Assembly (NCBI GenBank): GCA_964556395.1
Contig: CAZKVR010000001.1
Coordinates: forward strand, 106,996-170,995
DNA from: an uncultured Methanosarcinales archaeon
Lineage (GTDB): Archaea; Nanobdellota; Nanobdellia; Woesearchaeales; WJKR01
Length of the DNA stretch: 64,000 nt
Direction of reading: 5' to 3'
Shown here piece by piece: positions 19,858-28,642 of the stretch. Below the pieces are notes generated by a model. That model worked only from the letters and a program-made list of their open reading frames with translations. It did not search any database and was not told the origin of the DNA. How positions within the stretch are numbered: the stretch's first letter is position 1; the number at the start of each line of letters is the position of its first letter. Both the position numbers and the translations under genes were made by a program.

Positions 19858-20478
19858 TCATCTTGCCTTCCAGGGATTGTCTTCTCCCATAAGATAGTGT
19901 TCTCCTCCGCCTTCTATGGCAGCGTAAGGTACGACGTCCGTGATGACGAATCGTGGATTCCCGTATTCCGGAGCGATGTCAAGATATTCCTCCAGTGTCT
20001 GTATGACTCCTCCCATCATCCCGCCTGGCAGGAAGGTTCTCAGGGTAAGAGGATACTTCTTGACATATGGCAGCAGTTCGTGATAGCCCCACACCTTGTC
20101 TTCTAAGTCTCGTCGGACGGTGTAGGTGGTTTCGGGTTTCTTCTTCGGCTTCAGTACCTGGCCACCTGGTATGATGACGTTTCCGTCCGCCCAGAGGGCT
20201 GTGACTTTTTCAGGGTTCTTTCCAGTATACTCTTTTCCGTCTTTCCTGATTGTCATCTGTTGCCCTTTCCGGTAAGAGACTCTTCCTATCTCCTTCGCTT
20301 CGGTATGGAGGGTTTTGAAGAGGAATGATTCCATCTCCGTCGGATACCCTTTCAGTTGTTTCTCGAAAGCCTCTTGTCGCGCTTTCTGCTCTGCTGCTTT
20401 TTCGTCTTGCGGCTGTTCTTTCTTGCAGCCCGTTACAAATGCGATGATGATCGCTGCGATGATGATTGTTTTTCTCAT
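19858..20478 (-). CDS. Lipoprotein
   Basis: MRKTIIIAAIIIAFVTG|CKKEQ lipobox. Confidence 0.8.
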   Translation of the reverse strand: MRKTIIIAAIIIAFVTGCKKEQPQDEKAAEQKARQEAFEKQLKGYPTEMESFLFKTLHTEAKEIGRVSYRKGQQMTIRKDGKEYTGKNPEKVTALWADGNVIIPGGQVLKPKKKPETTYTVRRDLEDKVWGYHELLPYVKKYPLTLRTFLPGGMMGGVIQTLEEYLDIAPEYGNPRFVITDVVPYAAIEGGGEHYLMGEDNPWKAR

Positions 20479-20548
20479 GATTGAAACGTTTTAGATTAGA
20501 CATAAATGTTATTTTAACTGTTTTTGATGTCTTTTGGCGTGTTCTCGT

Positions 20549-20929
20549 TTAGAGGAATGCCACGACACCGTATTTTAGGTCTTCCAGGCTCGTGTAGAAT
20601 ACCAGTTTCTTCCTGCTTATCCCGAGTATCTTGGCTTTGTTCGCTATCCTGTCCGGAACGATGAGATGGCAGGTGATGTCTTTCTCACCAGCCAGTTCTG
20701 CTATAGGGACGAGAGTCTCGAGATATGAGGTCTGGATGCTCCTAAGGTCTATGGCGACGTTTTTTCGTCCTTTGAGGATGCTATTGACGTGCCTCTTGAG
20801 GAATAAGACTGTGAGCTTCCGATTCTGTATTGGTCGTCTCTTCAGAGACAGTAAGGGCATCTCGCCTCTTAAGGTTTTTATGGAACCTTCAGGCTTGGTG
20901 ATCTGATTGTTAGCATTCTTTTTTTCCAT
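20549..20929 (-). CDS. Degenerate STAS-like protein
   Basis: NVAIDLRSIQTSYLETL and size fit a STAS fold. Confidence 0.5.
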   Translation of the reverse strand: MEKKNANNQITKPEGSIKTLRGEMPLLSLKRRPIQNRKLTVLFLKRHVNSILKGRKNVAIDLRSIQTSYLETLVPIAELAGEKDITCHLIVPDRIANKAKILGISRKKLVFYTSLEDLKYGVVAFL

Positions 20930-20940
20930 TTTTTTGGTTT

Positions 20941-21801
20941 TTATTTGATAAAGACTGTTATGTTCTTGAAGACTATCTTGGAACCTTCTTTTTCCAGTAT
21001 CAGCGAGCAGGCTCGCTCCTCTTCGAAACCCTTGCTATAGGCTGAGACCTTGAGGGGTTCTATGGCAAGGTGTCTTGCAAGTTTGTTGTAGGCATCCTTG
21101 ACATTGGAGGCCTCAAAGTGAGTCGAGAATGATGGGTTGTAGTGCCATAACGCCTCGTCGTGCGGCGTGAAGAAGCCGTCTGCGGGCGTCAGCCGTACCA
21201 GTCCGGCAACCTCTTCCCTTTGTAATCGGAACATTTCAGGGAGTTTTGGGTCGTTGGTCAGGTCCTTGAGCAGTTCTTCGGCTTGTATGTCGGTATCTGC
21301 TTCCGTGAGTATCGGACCTTCCACGAGTTGTAGCGTGTGGAAAATCCTCTTGTTAAGGCTGACTGACCTCATGTTTCTCATCATCGTCGTCATCCTCTTC
21401 GCCGTGGCTTTCCGATGGAAGTCGCTCATCGAGAGGTAGAATGAGATGCCTTTCACACCTTCGAGACATGACTTCTTCACCACTCTCTCATAGGCTTCCG
21501 GGGAGATGATAATATGCACTCCGTCAGGGAAGCGGAATACGAGTGAGTGGATCGCCTGGGAGGAGGATGGGTCGAATCCGACTCTTGAGATGTCGAGTAT
21601 CAGGGCACTTTCAGCCGCAATCCTTGGTAAGACCTCATATTTGAGGAATTGCTTGGCATTGCGGCAGGTCAGCTTCTTCTTGAGAGCGAACACTGGCACC
21701 GTTCCGGAGCCTTCCATGTGCTCGCTCCTTGGATTATACGATAGTTTCATTTTCATTACTTCGTCAATATTGGCGTTTTTCTGTTTTGAAAAGAGCGACA
21801 C
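20941..21801 (-). CDS. Protein with an N-terminal STAS-like domain (start may be ~21756)
   Basis: ALILDISRVGFDPSSSQAIHSL. Confidence 0.55.
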   Translation of the reverse strand: MSLFSKQKNANIDEVMKMKLSYNPRSEHMEGSGTVPVFALKKKLTCRNAKQFLKYEVLPRIAAESALILDISRVGFDPSSSQAIHSLVFRFPDGVHIIISPEAYERVVKKSCLEGVKGISFYLSMSDFHRKATAKRMTTMMRNMRSVSLNKRIFHTLQLVEGPILTEADTDIQAEELLKDLTNDPKLPEMFRLQREEVAGLVRLTPADGFFTPHDEALWHYNPSFSTHFEASNVKDAYNKLARHLAIEPLKVSAYSKGFEEERACSLILEKEGSKIVFKNITVFIK

Positions 21802-21867
21802 CCTCGAACCTTGTTCACGTTCCTCAAAGGACGTGGATGGTGTGGGTGTCTCGTGTCAGAAATTTTT

Positions 21868-22452
21868 TCATAATACTACAATCCTTGGCCAGAAGGCCAG
21901 TATTCCTAACAGTATCGCGTTCAATGCGGCTAGCAGGTACAAACCGTTCTTCAATTGTTTCTTGTCCAAGCCGATTAACTTGACCTGCGGTCCGGGTTGG
22001 TTCTCGTCCTCGGTCCATCGGTTGATGTATCCGATGCTTAGGTATGCTTGGTATCCAAAGTAAGCTGCTATTAAAAGCTGGAGGAATGGGATGATAGATC
22101 TTGATTCTCCTATCCATGAAAGATATATTAGCGCAGAGTAATATATGAAATTCAACGATAGCAGCGCGAAGAGCGAGGCTATAACTGCTATACTAGGACC
22201 ACCGTAGCGTTTCTCGAAGCCGAGCTTATTGATAGAGATTACCAATATCAGGACTGTTGTGAACAATGAGAGTATGACTGCAGCCCCGTGGCGTACCTGT
22301 GATGAGAGGCGCTCTGGGATGTCGATATCTCCCAGGCTTGTGAGCAGGCTCATCGGCTGCAGTAATAGTATGAAGAGTGCGGCAGTGGCAAGTACTATGA
22401 TGACGCCTCTTGATAAAAGGCTCTTCTTGGTGATTGTGGCGTGTTGTTGCAT
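21868..22452 (-). CDS. Multi-pass membrane protein
   Basis: About five TM segments. Confidence 0.75.
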   Translation of the reverse strand: MQQHATITKKSLLSRGVIIVLATAALFILLLQPMSLLTSLGDIDIPERLSSQVRHGAAVILSLFTTVLILVISINKLGFEKRYGGPSIAVIASLFALLSLNFIYYSALIYLSWIGESRSIIPFLQLLIAAYFGYQAYLSIGYINRWTEDENQPGPQVKLIGLDKKQLKNGLYLLAALNAILLGILAFWPRIVVL

Positions 22453-22473
22453 GTATCTTTATGTTTTGGTGCG

Positions 22474-22884
22474 TTATCGTTTGTCCTTATTCGCTTTTTC
22501 CCCGAATTTCACCCTTATCCTTCGTAACTCCCGTACCTGTTCTTCCGCGAGGAGTATCATGGCGGTGTCTGCCGGGTTGTCCGCGTCGAAGTGCACTGCC
22601 GGCTGTTCCGAATACAGGTCGGCGACGTAGTATCGTTTGATCTTCGTGCCGTCCCCCATGGACACCGTGTACACCGCTAGGTGGTCTTCCGCGACTTTCC
22701 AGTAGTATTCTTCTCCTTCTTCAGGGGCGGGGTCGTAGGTGAACGCCAGTGTGGAGTCGGAGGTGTCATAGTATCTCTCTATGTCGCCTGTTTGCTGGCA
22801 ATAGTACGTCGGTTCTTGTTGTTCTGGCTGTGCTTGCTGGCAGCCGATGATGATTAGTCCTAGTAGGATGAGTGTTTGTCTCAT
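22474..22884 (-). CDS. Lipoprotein
   Basis: MRQTLILLGLIIIG|CQQ. Confidence 0.75.
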   Translation of the reverse strand: MRQTLILLGLIIIGCQQAQPEQQEPTYYCQQTGDIERYYDTSDSTLAFTYDPAPEEGEEYYWKVAEDHLAVYTVSMGDGTKIKRYYVADLYSEQPAVHFDADNPADTAMILLAEEQVRELRRIRVKFGEKANKDKR

Positions 22885-22996
22885 AAGATTCATTTTTTTT
22901 GTTAATACGTTTTTTTTTAGGGACTTCTGGAAAAGTATCCTTGTGAGGGGGCGCTTCCCTCTTTGGTTGGCGCCCCGTCACGAGCGGAGGTCTGCG

Positions 22997-23371
22997 TTAT
23001 TGTGGCGGCCTCTTGGGTACGATGAAGACCTTCTCGTGCTCTGAATCGTCCAGCAGGTAGTCCTTTAGTGATGCTGCGTAGACTCCCATGTAGTCGTCAT
23101 AGGCTTCGAGGGTGTCGTTTATGGCATGTTTGTACACCACCTGGTAGACATCCTCGTCTGCATCTATGGTTGTTATGTAGAGTTCGTAGAAGCCGTCGAC
23201 GAAGTCTTCGCTTGCCGTTCCTGAGAGGAGCAGGTCTACTATCTTTGAGTCTGCTGGGGAGTAGAGGTCTGCTGCCGTATTGACGGTCTTTTTCGTGTCT
23301 TTCTCCACCTGTCCGTAGCTTGTTGCTATGGTGGCGAGCATGATTGTTATTATGATGATGTTTTTTCTCAT
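22997..23371 (-). CDS. Secreted acidic protein
   Basis: MRKNIIIITIMLATIATSYG|QVE. Confidence 0.75.
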   Translation of the reverse strand: MRKNIIIITIMLATIATSYGQVEKDTKKTVNTAADLYSPADSKIVDLLLSGTASEDFVDGFYELYITTIDADEDVYQVVYKHAINDTLEAYDDYMGVYAASLKDYLLDDSEHEKVFIVPKRPPQ

Positions 23372-23402
23372 GAGTTTTTTGCAGTTTTGTTAATATCTTT
23401 CG

Positions 23403-23430
23403 AAAAAGGACACTTGTTAAAAGTGCCCTT
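23403..23430 (-). terminator. Intrinsic-type terminator
   Basis: Minus strand AAGGGCACTT..AAGTGTCCTTTTT. Confidence 0.55.
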
Positions 23431-23548
23431 CCTCAGGAATTGTTTAGTTTGCAGAAGAATCCTTTGACGTGTAATCAAGTTTTTCTGCATTGCTGATGAC
23501 GTGGTTTCCGATCGGATGCTCTAGTGCGATGCTTTCCTGATGTTCACT

Positions 23549-23890
23549 TTATTGGGAACCAGTCCAGGTGTAAGTGTATTCTTCACAGGCTGAAAGAGTG
23601 TAAGATCTTGTGTGCCAAGTGTGCTGGTATCCTGTCGTGGAAGCCCAGAGCGTGATGCTTCCTGCGTCGATATCTTTGTAAGTTGTGAAGCTTCCAGGGT
23701 TTATCCATCTTTCATCATTCATTTCGCTTGACCCGTAGGTGACATCTACTACGATTTTCGTGCTGGTGTTGTTTTCGACAACAACAGTGCCGTGGTTGTA
23801 TTTTTCGCAGTCTTCCTCTTGCTCGCAACTAATGGCGAATATTGCAATCGTTGCAATGAGGACTGTTGAAATAGTGCTTGTAAGTTTCAT
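23549..23890 (-). CDS. Lipoprotein, beta-rich
   Basis: MKLTSTISTVLIATIAIFAIS|CEQEED, with acidic residues after the Cys. Confidence 0.78.
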   Translation of the reverse strand: MKLTSTISTVLIATIAIFAISCEQEEDCEKYNHGTVVVENNTSTKIVVDVTYGSSEMNDERWINPGSFTTYKDIDAGSITLWASTTGYQHTWHTRSYTLSACEEYTYTWTGSQ

Positions 23891-24519
23891 AAGCTGTTGA
23901 TTTTTTTGGTTGAACAATGGTTTGACCTACCTGGCAAGGTATTTTGGGTTTTTGGAGTATCTGTATAGGTTTTTTATAACGAGAACCCGATAGAGATGTC
24001 TATCGCAGCGCCGTCATAAACTCTTGAATAAAGGTATCCTATGCCTATCTTGAAATCGATGTTTTCTCCGCCCCACCTATATCCTCCTATGAAGTTTACT
24101 GTGCCGCTCACATCATCCACTTCTCCGTTGATCGTCTGGACAGCATTAGTCGTGCTGTAGCCCAATGCTGTATACCATCCGTCTTGAAAATAGTCTTGAA
24201 TCCCATACCAATAGAGTGAGATATCAAAACATCCGTAGGATGCATCAGCTATGGAAGGGGCAAATTTATGCCAACCGAACGCTATGCTAGTGTTATCAAC
24301 AAAATATTCTATACCTACAAAACCTGTCATGTCTGAAAGGCCTGCTCTTAGATAAGTGTTCTCGTTTTGAATGTCACTTTGGGCATTTGCTTCAGTTGTA
24401 GAGACTAAAGCCAAAGCGATGACAACTGTTGAAATGATAATTGTAAGTTTCATAAGCCGTTAAATTTTTGGTTGAACAATGGTTTGACCTACCAGGGACG
24501 GTAGTTTGGGTTTTTTGGA
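23853..24519 (-). repeat. ~104-bp imperfect direct repeat (23853-23956 and 24416-24519) covering 5' leader plus signal-peptide codons
   Basis: Shared TTGTAAGTTTCATAAGC and TTTTTGGTTGAACAATGGTTTGACCTACC blocks. Confidence 0.9.
23974..24453 (-). CDS. Small outer-membrane beta-barrel-like secreted protein
   Basis: EANA|QSD; strands FIGGYRWG, FKIGIGY, terminal IDISIGFSL; paralogous to 39980..40453. Confidence 0.7.
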   Translation of the reverse strand: MKLTIIISTVVIALALVSTTEANAQSDIQNENTYLRAGLSDMTGFVGIEYFVDNTSIAFGWHKFAPSIADASYGCFDISLYWYGIQDYFQDGWYTALGYSTTNAVQTINGEVDDVSGTVNFIGGYRWGGENIDFKIGIGYLYSRVYDGAAIDISIGFSL

Positions 24520-24683
24520 ATAGTTTTTGAAATGCAATACCTCCTTTCTTATTTTAAGAGTTTTTTGATGAAATAGAAGAGGTGGGCGTAGATAGAAAGA
24601 ACGCCCAACCTCCTGAAAAAGAATCGCTTGAAGTTCATTGAGAATTTGAACCGAATGTGTTGTTCTTTATTAAGAATGAGAGC

Positions 24684-24983
24684 CTAAAGCGGTTCTAGGA
24701 AGTAATCTACTCTTTCACCGCCGAACAGCGTTCTCTTCCTCCTTACGCTTCCTCGGGAACCTCTTCCTTGTTTTGCGAATTCGGCTGCAGCTGGAGCGAG
24801 GGTGTCTTTAGCAACCTCGTCTTGTGAAGTCCTTTCAAGGACTTTGGCTGCCCGGTCCGCATCTTTTTCGGCGATTGTCGTCTTAACATCCGGTATGATG
24901 ACTGGATTTGTGTTGATGTGGGGAGTGGAAGGACATGTTGTATTAGGTATTAGTCTTCCGTTTTCCCATACATAATGTAACAT
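24684..24983 (-). CDS. Hypothetical protein
   Basis: Start MLHYVWENG preceded by AAGGAGG. Confidence 0.6.
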   Translation of the reverse strand: MLHYVWENGRLIPNTTCPSTPHINTNPVIIPDVKTTIAEKDADRAAKVLERTSQDEVAKDTLAPAAAEFAKQGRGSRGSVRRKRTLFGGERVDYFLEPL

Positions 24984-25207
24984 ATTGCTTTTCCTCCTTT
25001 CTTTTTGTTCTGTTTGTCGCTTTTTTCCTCTTTCTCTTCCTGGTTGATTTGGGAAGTCGCTCCAGCGGTGGCGAGAGCGCCGAGAGGAGTTGCGAATAAG
25101 CTCAGACCGCCGGTAAAGGGAGCGGCCACTATGGTCGCTATAGTCCATGCTATGCCATATCCCTTCACATCTCTCCTTTCTTCATTATAATCGCGTGCCA
25201 TTTTCAA
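24950..25207 (-). CDS. Small Gly/Ala-rich membrane protein
   Basis: AAGGAGG upstream; TIVAAPFTGGLSL. Confidence 0.6.
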   Translation of the reverse strand: MKMARDYNEERRDVKGYGIAWTIATIVAAPFTGGLSLFATPLGALATAGATSQINQEEKEEKSDKQNKKKGGKAICYIMYGKTED

Positions 25208-25415
25208 AGCCTCCTTTCTTTTTTGTCAATTTGGTTATTATTAAATTGAAAACTGTATGTAGTGTGAGGAAAATATCTATGAGAGACTTGCGCGGATAGG
25301 AAGAAATGTCCGGCATCATTAGAAAGGATCATTTGAGGACCTCGTTGACTCCTCTCTTTTTCCTCGGCGTCTCTCTCCGTTGCTAATGCCTCAAAGATAT
25401 CCTTCTTGTTGTTCT

Positions 25416-25952
25416 CTAGGCCGACAGTCCCGCTTTCTCCATGAGGTATTCCCACAAGGGTGGTATCGTGATGTCGAATCCGCTTTCCTCATGGAGGTTT
25501 TGCGTGTACTCGCTCGCTTTCTCCAGCATCTCTATCCAGTTGCCGCTCACATTTTCGAATAGCGAGTTACTTCCTTGTACCAGTATGATGGCATGATCGT
25601 CGGAGCAGAGCGCCAGCGTCATGCATTCTGCCTTCTCATCCTTGTCGTCGGGCCAGAATCTTCCTGCGGCGACTTGTGCTGTCGTGATCGGCAGGGTCAC
25701 TGTCAACAATACCTCGTTGCCTATCCAGTCGCGGTAGGTGTCCATCTGGTCATGGATCGGCCAGATGCCTTCTACAGAGCAGGCTTCGATGTCGTCTCCT
25801 TTCTCCATCATGGTTTGTATCTTCTCTTCCATCTCGTTGATGTCAAAAATGCTTCGTAGGACTCCTTCGAAATACTCGTCTATCCATTCTCTCAGGATGA
25901 TTACTTTCTTTGCGTTCTCTTGGTCTTTCGGAGTTTGCTGTAGATTTTTCAT
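25416..25952 (-). CDS. Acidic hypothetical protein
   Basis: 178 aa, A-rich leader. Confidence 0.7.
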   Translation of the reverse strand: MKNLQQTPKDQENAKKVIILREWIDEYFEGVLRSIFDINEMEEKIQTMMEKGDDIEACSVEGIWPIHDQMDTYRDWIGNEVLLTVTLPITTAQVAAGRFWPDDKDEKAECMTLALCSDDHAIILVQGSNSLFENVSGNWIEMLEKASEYTQNLHEESGFDITIPPLWEYLMEKAGLSA

Positions 25953-26071
25953 AACTCTATTTTTAGGTGTTTAACAATATTTGATATTTAGTCTGGCGGT
26001 ACGCCCTTTTCTTGTCCGTCCAGGGCGAGGATAGGTGTCTTACACCGTACCGGCCGGTGGTTCGTCGTGGT

Positions 26072-26245
26072 TCAGTCGTTCGTCTTTCGGTATGGGCAGA
26101 TGAGTTCGTCGACGCCTTCGTATGCGTCTTCGTTGACGAGTTCCTCTAGGGATCGTTCGTCCGTGGGTGCTAGGGTCGTCGGGTGTTCGTCCACCATTGG
26201 TGGCCATTCGTGTGCTTGTGAAAACAATGGGTATTCTTCTATCAT
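26072..26245 (-). CDS. Small acidic protein, probable first gene of array 1 (57 aa)
   Basis: ATG after AAAATCACCAGAT; MIEEYPLFSQAHEW... Confidence 0.45.
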   Translation of the reverse strand: MIEEYPLFSQAHEWPPMVDEHPTTLAPTDERSLEELVNEDAYEGVDELICPYRKTND

Positions 26246-26590
26246 ATCTGGTGATTTTGCTTGTTGCTGTTTTTCCGTCGTGAGAGCTGTTTTTTCGGTG
26301 GTTTTCCGTCGTATCTCTTGTTTTGATAGTGCTCTCGCTAAGAATTCTGGGTGTCCCAGAGCCGTTCTCGAGGGGTTTTTCACCGTTGGTCTCGATCTTT
26401 GTGGCTGTGGGTTTGCGACGCATGTCTTTGGCTTGTTGTCTTCGCGAATCGTGGTTCGTTCTGGCGACAATGCCTGTGGTTGGTGTAGAGTCCCTCGTTA
26501 GGGATTCTTGCGTTTGTGCGGCGTCGCTGTGGTTGTGTGATGTGTTGTTGAGTGTGAGTTCGTCGTGAAAGACGAGGTGATATATAAGGA
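26246..26590 (-). promoter_or_regulatory. Archaeal TATA box (CTTATATA, ~26580-26589) and long U-poor leader of array 1
   Basis: A/C-rich minus strand with short hairpins (TCCCT/AGGGA, TCTGG/CCAGA). Confidence 0.55.
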
Positions 26591-26603
26591 TTGCGATTTG
26601 TAA

Positions 26604-28640
26604 CTACTTATTGGTGGCTAAAACTTTATCCACTTGTGCCGTGTGGTTCACCCGGGCGTACTTGGTCCAACCCTTCTCAGACCGTTCCTCCTCGACGAGG
26701 ATGGCGTCCTTCTCCTCCAGGGACTTCTTCACCTCGTTCCCCTTCCGGGGAGAGAAACCCGCTTCCTTATACAATTGCGATATCGGCATGCCGGGCTTGT
26801 CCTTCGCCGCCTTGAGGAATGCCAGCTCCTCCGCAGAAAGGCTGAGGGGCTTCTCTGCTCGAGCAGCAGCCTTTCTCGCCAGTCTCTTCGCCAGGCCTGA
26901 CCGTTTGATGTACTGGAACGTGTGCATGACATCCGCCCGTTTGAATCCTGCTTGCAGGAACCATTTCCGCAGTTCGTCGAAGCCTTCCCCGTTGAGCATG
27001 CGCTTCTTCGCCTGGTCGAGAATCTTCTGCTGCAAATGATTGCGGATACCATAGCCCGCCGGCCCGTCCTGCACCTTCTTGTGGTGCTCGTCCTGCGCCT
27101 GCTGCGCCGCTTTACGCGCCTCGTCGAATTGCAGGTGTTCTTTCAGCACGGTCCTGTTCGGCTCGGTCCCGCTCTTGATGAACGTGTACTCGAGCTTTGA
27201 GAGTTTCCGCGCCAGTTCTTCTTCTTTCACGCTTTTCTCGAAGACTTCTTTGCGTCTCTTCGTCTTGAGCAGCGCCTTCATCCGCTCTCGCAGATCGTCA
27301 TCGTCGATGGCCTGGCTTTTCAGCCTCATCAAGGGTGCCTTGATGACGAACGGCTCGTGGTGGCGTTCCACCAGTCGCACGAGCGCCTCACCCACTGGCA
27401 ACTTGGTGAAGAACTCTTTCTGGTCGCGTAGTTGCATGAGCCTGCTGATGGCTTCCACGTCCGCCGGGAGCATCTGTTGGAAGGCGATGTTCGTCGCCGA
27501 GTTACCTGACACGACGTCGGACAGCTTGCTGACGTGCTGGTCCAGCGTTATCAATGAGACGCCGTACTCTCGGATCTCTCGGAAGATGACGTCGGATATC
27601 GATTCGGAGATGAAGTTGGGGCGTTCCTTGAGGAAGATGTTGTGCGCCTCGTCCACCAATACCGCGTAGCGGAACTTCTCGGTCGGGTCGATGTTGCCGG
27701 CTTTCGCGTACTTGTAGATGTAGGAGAGCATGAACTGGGTGAAGAACTTCTTCTCAGTGTTGGACAGCGCCGCCAGTTCCATGACGGTCTCTTCGCGGAA
27801 GAGCTCTTCGATGCTGCTCTCCTCAGGCCCCTTGTAGCAGATGGCTTTCCCGAAGTTGCCGAACGTCAAGGCATAGGCGACTCGCAACGCTGATTCGAGC
27901 CATTCCGACTCGCGTGTCTTCCGAGTCTGGGCTTGCGCCTTCTCTTCCAGCCGGTCCCTGATCTGGTACCATGTCGGGTAGTTTTCCGAGCCCGCGTAGA
28001 CTCCGAAGTCCTTGTACGCCTTGTCCAGGGTTTCGACGACTATCTTGTGGACGCCGAACGATCCTGCGAACACTTCTGTGATGATGTCTGCCAGGAGGCT
28101 GACCCATTCCAGTGGTTCGACGCCTTTGGGTGGCTTGTTGATGTTGAGCTTGAAGTTGGCGACCTTGTCGTTGCCGACCGTGTACACCCTGAGCTTGTCG
28201 TTCAGCTTTACGAGTGGCCGGAAGCTTTTCTTCCAGTCGAAGACGAGGAATGGTTTCTTGTTGAAGATGAAGTTCCCTAGGACTTGGAATGCGAAGGTGG
28301 TCTTGCCGGATCCCGACATGCCAGTCACACAAACATGCCGCATCCAGTCCTGTTCTCGCAAACCAAAAGGATAGAGTTCTTTCTTACCGTACATCACCGT
28401 GCCGAGGGGGTACTTGCCTTGGATGACGTCTTTCTTCGGCGGTTCCAGGAGCAGTTGCTCGTTCAACAGACTGTCGGTCAGGTGTTTTTGGTACAGGGCG
28501 TTGATGGCTTGTTCCATCTCGGCTTTGGCGTCCCTGTCCGTGGTGAGGACGTATTTGAGGTAGAGTTGGTCGATTCTCTTGCCGAATATCGGCCTGAGCC
28601 GCCTGCAGATGTCCTCGACGCTGTTCGTCCGGCTGTGCAT
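26604..28640 (-). CDS. HerA/VirB4/FtsK-superfamily ATPase (DUF87-like) with C-terminal extension
   Basis: RHVCVTGMSGSGKT, VLVDEAHN, FREIREYGVSL..DQ, LPVGEALV. Confidence 0.85.
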   Translation of the reverse strand: MHSRTNSVEDICRRLRPIFGKRIDQLYLKYVLTTDRDAKAEMEQAINALYQKHLTDSLLNEQLLLEPPKKDVIQGKYPLGTVMYGKKELYPFGLREQDWMRHVCVTGMSGSGKTTFAFQVLGNFIFNKKPFLVFDWKKSFRPLVKLNDKLRVYTVGNDKVANFKLNINKPPKGVEPLEWVSLLADIITEVFAGSFGVHKIVVETLDKAYKDFGVYAGSENYPTWYQIRDRLEEKAQAQTRKTRESEWLESALRVAYALTFGNFGKAICYKGPEESSIEELFREETVMELAALSNTEKKFFTQFMLSYIYKYAKAGNIDPTEKFRYAVLVDEAHNIFLKERPNFISESISDVIFREIREYGVSLITLDQHVSKLSDVVSGNSATNIAFQQMLPADVEAISRLMQLRDQKEFFTKLPVGEALVRLVERHHEPFVIKAPLMRLKSQAIDDDDLRERMKALLKTKRRKEVFEKSVKEEELARKLSKLEYTFIKSGTEPNRTVLKEHLQFDEARKAAQQAQDEHHKKVQDGPAGYGIRNHLQQKILDQAKKRMLNGEGFDELRKWFLQAGFKRADVMHTFQYIKRSGLAKRLARKAAARAEKPLSLSAEELAFLKAAKDKPGMPISQLYKEAGFSPRKGNEVKKSLEEKDAILVEEERSEKGWTKYARVNHTAQVDKVLATNK

Positions 28641-28642
28641 TC

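Larger units (their letters stand above)
1755..26590 (-). other. Array 1: ~25 kb unidirectional accessory island of ~40 mostly hypothetical genes with Bacteroidetes-like features
   Basis: All credible ORFs are on the minus strand; visibly more AT-rich than the flanks; poly-A/T spacers; terminator hairpins; no integrase or virion genes recognised. Confidence 0.8.

Noticed and set aside
23493..23540. C/D-box sRNA or hammerhead on the plus strand (CTGATGA...CTGA)
   Set aside because: There is no GAAA hammerhead core, the internal C'/D' boxes are poor, it is antisense to the array and no promoter is evident.
25204..25455. 83-aa ORF
   Set aside because: It overlaps the upstream gene and its 3' half runs through AT-rich spacer-like sequence; it cannot be supported.
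26040..26568. Overlapping ORFs of 81-144 aa in the array 1 leader
   Set aside because: Probably by-products of the skewed composition, which yields few stop codons. Only the ATG-started 57-aa frame was kept, at low confidence.
1755..26590. Array 1 as a prophage or ICE
   Set aside because: No integrase, terminase, capsid, relaxase or replication gene was recognised and I found no att repeat at both ends. A phage origin for individual genes remains possible.
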